DNA from: Botryllus schlosseri
Lineage: Eukaryota
Direction: 5' to 3'
DNA length: 64,000 nucleotides
NCBI GenBank assembly: GCA_051294905.1
Contig: CM119372.1
Location: 744,001 to 808,000 of the forward strand
In this document: piece after piece, positions 59,301 to 64,000 of the stretch
Layout of the letters: each line of letters begins with the position of its first letter
How positions within the stretch are numbered: the first letter of the stretch is position 1
The notes under the pieces: generated by a model
Databases searched by the model: none
What the model saw: the letters and a program-made list of their open reading frames with translations, nothing else
Told to the model about the DNA's origin: nothing
Translations under genes and position numbers: made by a program

Positions 59301-62274
59301 GTAGTTCTAGCTGCGAGTTTTGAAAATTGAGTAGTTCTAGTTCTAGTCGTGGATCTTGAAATGCGAGTTCGAGTCTGCAATTGTTGGAAGCGAGATTTCC
59401 AGATTTAGTTCTAGTTCAAGTTTTGAAAACAAATTCACCAACATTTAGCTAGTCTTCCTAAAACAACTCACCCCGCCGAGCCATCATCGTCAACACCGGC
59501 TTTAGCGAGAAGCTCAGCTCCTTGCCTGGCTCTCTTCACTTCGTTCAATGCCTTTTCTACCTCCTTGGATTGGTTTCTGTCAGACGCCTTCACAACGAGA
59601 CACAGAATAATGTTGTTGTTTCTGATCCGTTGCGACTGAAGAGAGGCGTCATTTTCGATGATCCGCCCGCCGCAGATCAATTTCAAGTCGTCTTCAATAC
59701 TGGAAAATGGGCAATAAATACGATAATCTTGGTATGCATACGCAGACACCGTGTGTATGCATATCACGAGTCTGTGTATATGCTGGAAAAACATAAGGGA
59801 CAAAATTCTTATTACTAAGATTCGAGTATTGGTTCTAATGATTTAAGTCAGTGGTTCTCAACTGGGGGGAATTTTGAAATTTTTAGGGGGGAATCTGGCT
59901 TTGACATTGTATCGGAAAATACACTGGGTTTACAAGGTTTTTAGATTTTTATGGTACAGAACTGTTAAGTAGAAATTAGTTCTTAAGAATTGTATGCTTC
60001 TTTGGCGGATTTCAAGCTAGGTGTACGTTTAAATGCCTTCCGTAGATATTACACCCCCTGATAAATGGAGGCTCACGAGACGATTTCGTTGGGCCCGCAA
60101 CAGCCTCTCGACCAAATTACTACTAAGCAGGAAAACGTCAAGCCCAATTCAAGCCCAACTTTTTAAGCCAACATATGAGCTAACGTGAAAAACATAACAA
60201 ATTCATCGATTCAATTCCAGTCCATAGCAAGCGGACTTGTTGATTTATTTTTCGTCAGCGGCTACATGACCGTTCAAATTTAATTTACTTTGCCAAAGTT
60301 TAGTGCGGTCCGTATTCGACATAGTTCGGACATATTTGAATATGTTTGGCCATTAATTGCTCAGTCAAAAAATGGTTGAACGTTAAAAAGCACATTTTTT
60401 TAGTCACAGGCAACTTTTTCATAGGGGGGGGAATTTTAGCTCAAATATCGGCGAAGGGGGGCACGAGACGAAAAAGGTTGGGAATCACTGATTTAAGTAG
60501 TGCAGTGAGAGTGGAATCTTTCGAGTACTGAAATGATACGCTTCTTGCTGCTAAGAGTAAGTTATCCATGAGAATTATAGTATCGATAGTATTTTCTGCT
60601 GTGGCAGTCTTGAAACCTCGGTTGGTCCTATCGCAGCATACGAAACATGTAATGGGGGAGAGGAGGCCAAGATGAGACATGCAATTTTTTTATTAGAACA
60701 ATTTTCAGATGGACAGATTCCTTCAACTATGTTGTTTCCGTAATGTCATTCTATAGTCCTACCATATTAACAAGGCCAACAGATTTGAGGTTGGGCAGAA
60801 AAACGCCAAATCTATACTTCCAGGGTATATGTCAGTTATGTGAATTCGTGTTTGTAAGGGCATACCTATCATAGTATTTCATATTATAAAACAGCATTAC
60901 TGGAGCTGGAAGAGTGCAATATTAGCAGTGTAATCTTGCACTTACCTCTGAAAAGTAAACGACAGATAGTTTTTTATTGACGTTTCTACAATAATTGAGG
61001 TGGGGGGGGGGCAATGTCCCCTCTAAGCTGCACACGTGCACAGTTGCGCAGTGCTGACACGGTCTCTGCGCACAGAAAATCAGAAGGGATGACCTTTTTT
61101 TAGTCGCTACGCACTGTAGTCCAAGGGACCGCGCAGCGAGTTGGTGAGTGCGCGCAGACTCGTGGAAAATTAGAGGGAACATTGTGTGGGGGTAAGATGA
61201 GACAAAGCCATGGGGATAAGTTGAGACATGGGTATCGGAGGGCTTTTCCATTGAAAGCCTCATAATATTCAAAATTTACTGTTCAAGGCACACATAATAG
61301 ATTATTTATCTAGTAGTGGACCAGATGTGACATTACAAGACAAAACAATAAGAAAATTCTTATTGTTGCTGGATCCCATGGATAATTGGTTTTAGATGTC
61401 ATTTAAATTCGTATACGTAAAAATTATTTTTAAAAGTGTAATATTTCAAGATTATTATATTTTATTCACGATGTTGCTAGTTCATTCATCATTTGGGATG
61501 AATTGGTGGTGTAACGAGCAAGAATTGCTTGGTGTCTCATCTTGAACACGGTGTGTCTCATCTTACCCTCACCTGGGGGTAAGTTGAGACATCTGTACAA
61601 GGATTTTTGAGGGTCAAGAAATCCGTAAGTATGTTGTTCAATATAACTCAAAAACAGAGTCATGAATAGTACAGATCACAGGCTTTGCATTGGTACCAAA
61701 ATTACTCGTCAGAAGGCAACACTCTTCGAGTGGCGTTGAAATATCAGAAACGTGTCTCATCTTGGCCTCCTCTCCCCTACAAAGCTACATACGTTACTGG
61801 AAATGACATATGACATATCTGTGAAGTCGCGATCAACTCACAGCATTGTCACGAAGTGTAATGAAATGGGAATGAATGAAAAATACAAAATTACCTTTAA
61901 TGTGATGCAAAACTGGCGTTTTATTCCGTGCGGTGGCATAAAAGGTATGTATTTGAACTTGCCAGCTCACACCGTTACTACGTCACGAGTGATAGTGAAA
62001 TACTCGACCTGAAGCCTAACACTCGATTCGGAATGGAATCACTCCGGTACCCGATTTTGCCCATCTCTACCACTCACCCTAATTTCTCCGCTATAATAGT
62101 CTTTAGTTGTACCCCGGAAACAGCAAGGCTCACTTCAACCGATTCGGTATTGGAGCCCTGCGTTTGCGAACACTTGATTCTGAGGCTGACAATGTTTTGC
62201 TGCATTTTTCGCAACCTTTGGACGGAGTGCTGGTGAAGATTTGTGACGCAGCTCGACACGAGGTCTTGTGGCAG
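53389..62274 (-). CDS. NUB1: NEDD8 ultimate buster 1 (5'-partial; 9 exons in window)
   Basis: UBL (LKLICGGRIIENDASLQSQ), core (IEDQNGQALEIPAEEKRSLTIALGLHEKGRAILKRKEY...MVDNYAVLCLDIVWCY), three UBA-like repeats (LMGLGLSAREARRALR; MGFDPGLAVEALK; MGFDEATAKACL) and C-terminal DEYLDVMLDEE. Junctions are in phase; the start codon was not found in the window. Confidence 0.92.
56717..57480. mobile_element. Probable Tc1/mariner-pogo-type non-autonomous element containing a 51-bp minisatellite
   Basis: Starts TACCGTA..., with repeated (G)TACCC(A/G)TGTATA motifs near both ends and internal 51-bp tandem units at 57047, 57098 and 57149. Confidence 0.45.
59849..60490. mobile_element. hAT-Charlie-like MITE
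   Basis: Termini CAGTGGTTCTCAAC / GTTGGGAATCACTG with perfect TSD ATTTAAGT. Confidence 0.88.
60652..61777. mobile_element. TA-targeting (Tc1/mariner-pogo-type) non-autonomous element
   Basis: TIR GGGGAGAGGAGGCCAAGATGAGACA / TGTCTCATCTTGGCCTCCTCTCCCC, flanked by TA, with internal TGAGACA repeats. Confidence 0.8.
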
Positions 62275-62817
62275 CTGAGAAAAAGAAGTGATCAGACTTG
62301 TACAAATTTTCAAAACTTGCAACTAGAACTAAAGGTTTTTAAAAATAGCTAAAACTGCTAATAACTGAAAATACGAATTACTGAATCGGAAATGAGCTAA
62401 GGTATATCGAAGATAGAATGGGCATTTAAAAAGGACGGGGTTTCGACCCCCAAAACCGACCCCCTATCTTCACCAAATTAGATTAGAATTACTGAATTTG
62501 CGAAAACTTGGAAATGGCGAGTGCTTGTACAGCAAGTTTGGCTGGTTTCGCACGATACAGTTCTTCTGCAGCATTTACAGGAAACCCAAAAATTAGATTA
62601 CGATTCAAATTAGAGCATTGGAACAATGAAACATTTCACTAGGATTAGAATTAGAACAAAGAAACATTTCCCAACTTAGATTGGGATTAGAGATTACCGG
62701 CATTTTCCCCTTATTACTCTACTAGCCAAGTTGAGCTACACCAATGTTAGTAGTTATGACTCTGAGCTAGCAATGGCTGCAAGAACATCACACAGCAGAA
62801 CACTGGTATCACGAATC

Positions 62818-64000
62818 CAGAGGTGGTCAGTAACGAAGTACTTCTACTTTTTCGAAGTACTCAAGTAGTTTTCCTCTACTTCTGGTACTTACTCAAGTAG
62901 ATCTGATTTTCTCTCCTTCTACTTTGTAATATTTTGTGATCTACTTACTTACTTTTCGCTATTTTCAATTTGTCAAGTATAAGTAGTTTAATCACCCAAT
63001 ACGAAAGATAGCTTGAGGACTTTCGGGGCTGTTTTCACGGAGCATCAACATTTAACATTCATAAAAGTCAAGTAAAGTCCAGAAATTTTGTTGCGCTTAG
63101 CGCATAGTAGCGATGGAGTGACAAATATATTTCATGAAAGTGTCAGTGAATATAATGTAGGTACCGGATTGCTGGGTTCCTCTCACACCACATTGTCGCC
63201 CATATCAAATATTTCATCACAGTAAATATGGCTCACCATAACGTTTGAAACTACCGTTTCACAATCTAGCAATTAGGCCTACCTATCATATCGTAATCTA
63301 GCAGCCCATTACGTGTCTTGCTAATCCGGAAAATCCAGCTTTTTTTAACGTTACACCTGTTTTAGCAGATCACCATTGAAGCTTTATGGACAAAAGACAT
63401 GAAATATATTTTTCGCTTTTTAGAAGTGGTATTTGTGTTTCACTTTCAATTGCGAGTACTTTGAGTTCTAATTACTTTCAGCTCTTTTGTCTGCAGAACA
63501 TACATGTTGAAGCATGAAAGCAAGTGTAATAAAGCTACACTAAATATAACTTTTACGATCCACAATATTTGTTATTAACGTATACTAATCGCGCAAAGTG
63601 ATGAAACCGTATCCGATACAACTTCTGCGTATTGCTCTTCGCCTAAACTTGGGGTCTTATAATATGCGGTAGGGCGCCATGCCAAAAAAACGGGGTCTTC
63701 TAGTAGACAAAGGGTTAGTACCGCATTTTCATATCAATACTCTAATCAGCACTCCATGATGCGAAACATTGCTTATTCTGTATAAAATTGATACCTCCTG
63801 GGATGGATCAATACGAATCAAGCTCTCTGCACCTGCCGCATAGCTCAATTCGCAGTTTTCGACAGTCCATGCGAACGAATTAAGATTGCATTCAAAACTA
63901 CTTACTTACTTGAGTAGTTTTAAAGTCAGTCCATTCTACTTCTACTTCAAGTAGTTTTAGGTGGCTTATTTATAAAGTACTTCTACTTGTACTTGAGTAG
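62818..64000. mobile_element. Long hAT element (CAGAGGTGGTCAGTAAC family), right end beyond window
   Basis: Same terminus as 28855-28988; TACTT/AGTA subterminal arrays at 62830-62980 and again at 63895-64000. Confidence 0.75.

Noticed and set aside
10963..62274. Non-canonical introns
   Set aside because: All junctions I reconstructed in four multi-exon genes are GT-AG.

Overview
Eukaryotic (metazoan) genomic DNA, AT-rich with compact GT-AG introns; an invertebrate such as a tunicate is plausible, but that is inference. Seven protein-coding genes were reconstructed by hand. On the minus strand: intronless NUDCD3, a 12-exon acdh-6/LCAD-type acyl-CoA dehydrogenase, intronless WBP4 with three WW domains, and intronless RANBP1, forming a co-oriented, operon-like block. 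Next come a divergently transcribed 10-exon MRPL45 (+) with a long basic C-terminal extension, a 9-exon transmembrane synaptotagmin-like gene (-), and a 5'-truncated NUB1 (-). Introns and spacers are packed with mobile DNA: many non-autonomous hAT/MITE families (8-bp TSDs, family-specific subterminal motifs), long fold-back elements, CR1/L2-type LINE fragments, tRNA-derived SINEs, a Chapaev3-like transposase remnant and multi-level nested insertions. The most striking observation is a 2.36-kb non-autonomous hAT element in an ACAD intron that carries a four-exon, intron-containing, phase-consistent fragment of an unrecognised Cys-rich gene ('Pack-hAT' gene capture); the fragment was later disrupted by a nested MITE and three premature stops. 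Exon and repeat coordinates are hand-derived and may be off by a few bases.
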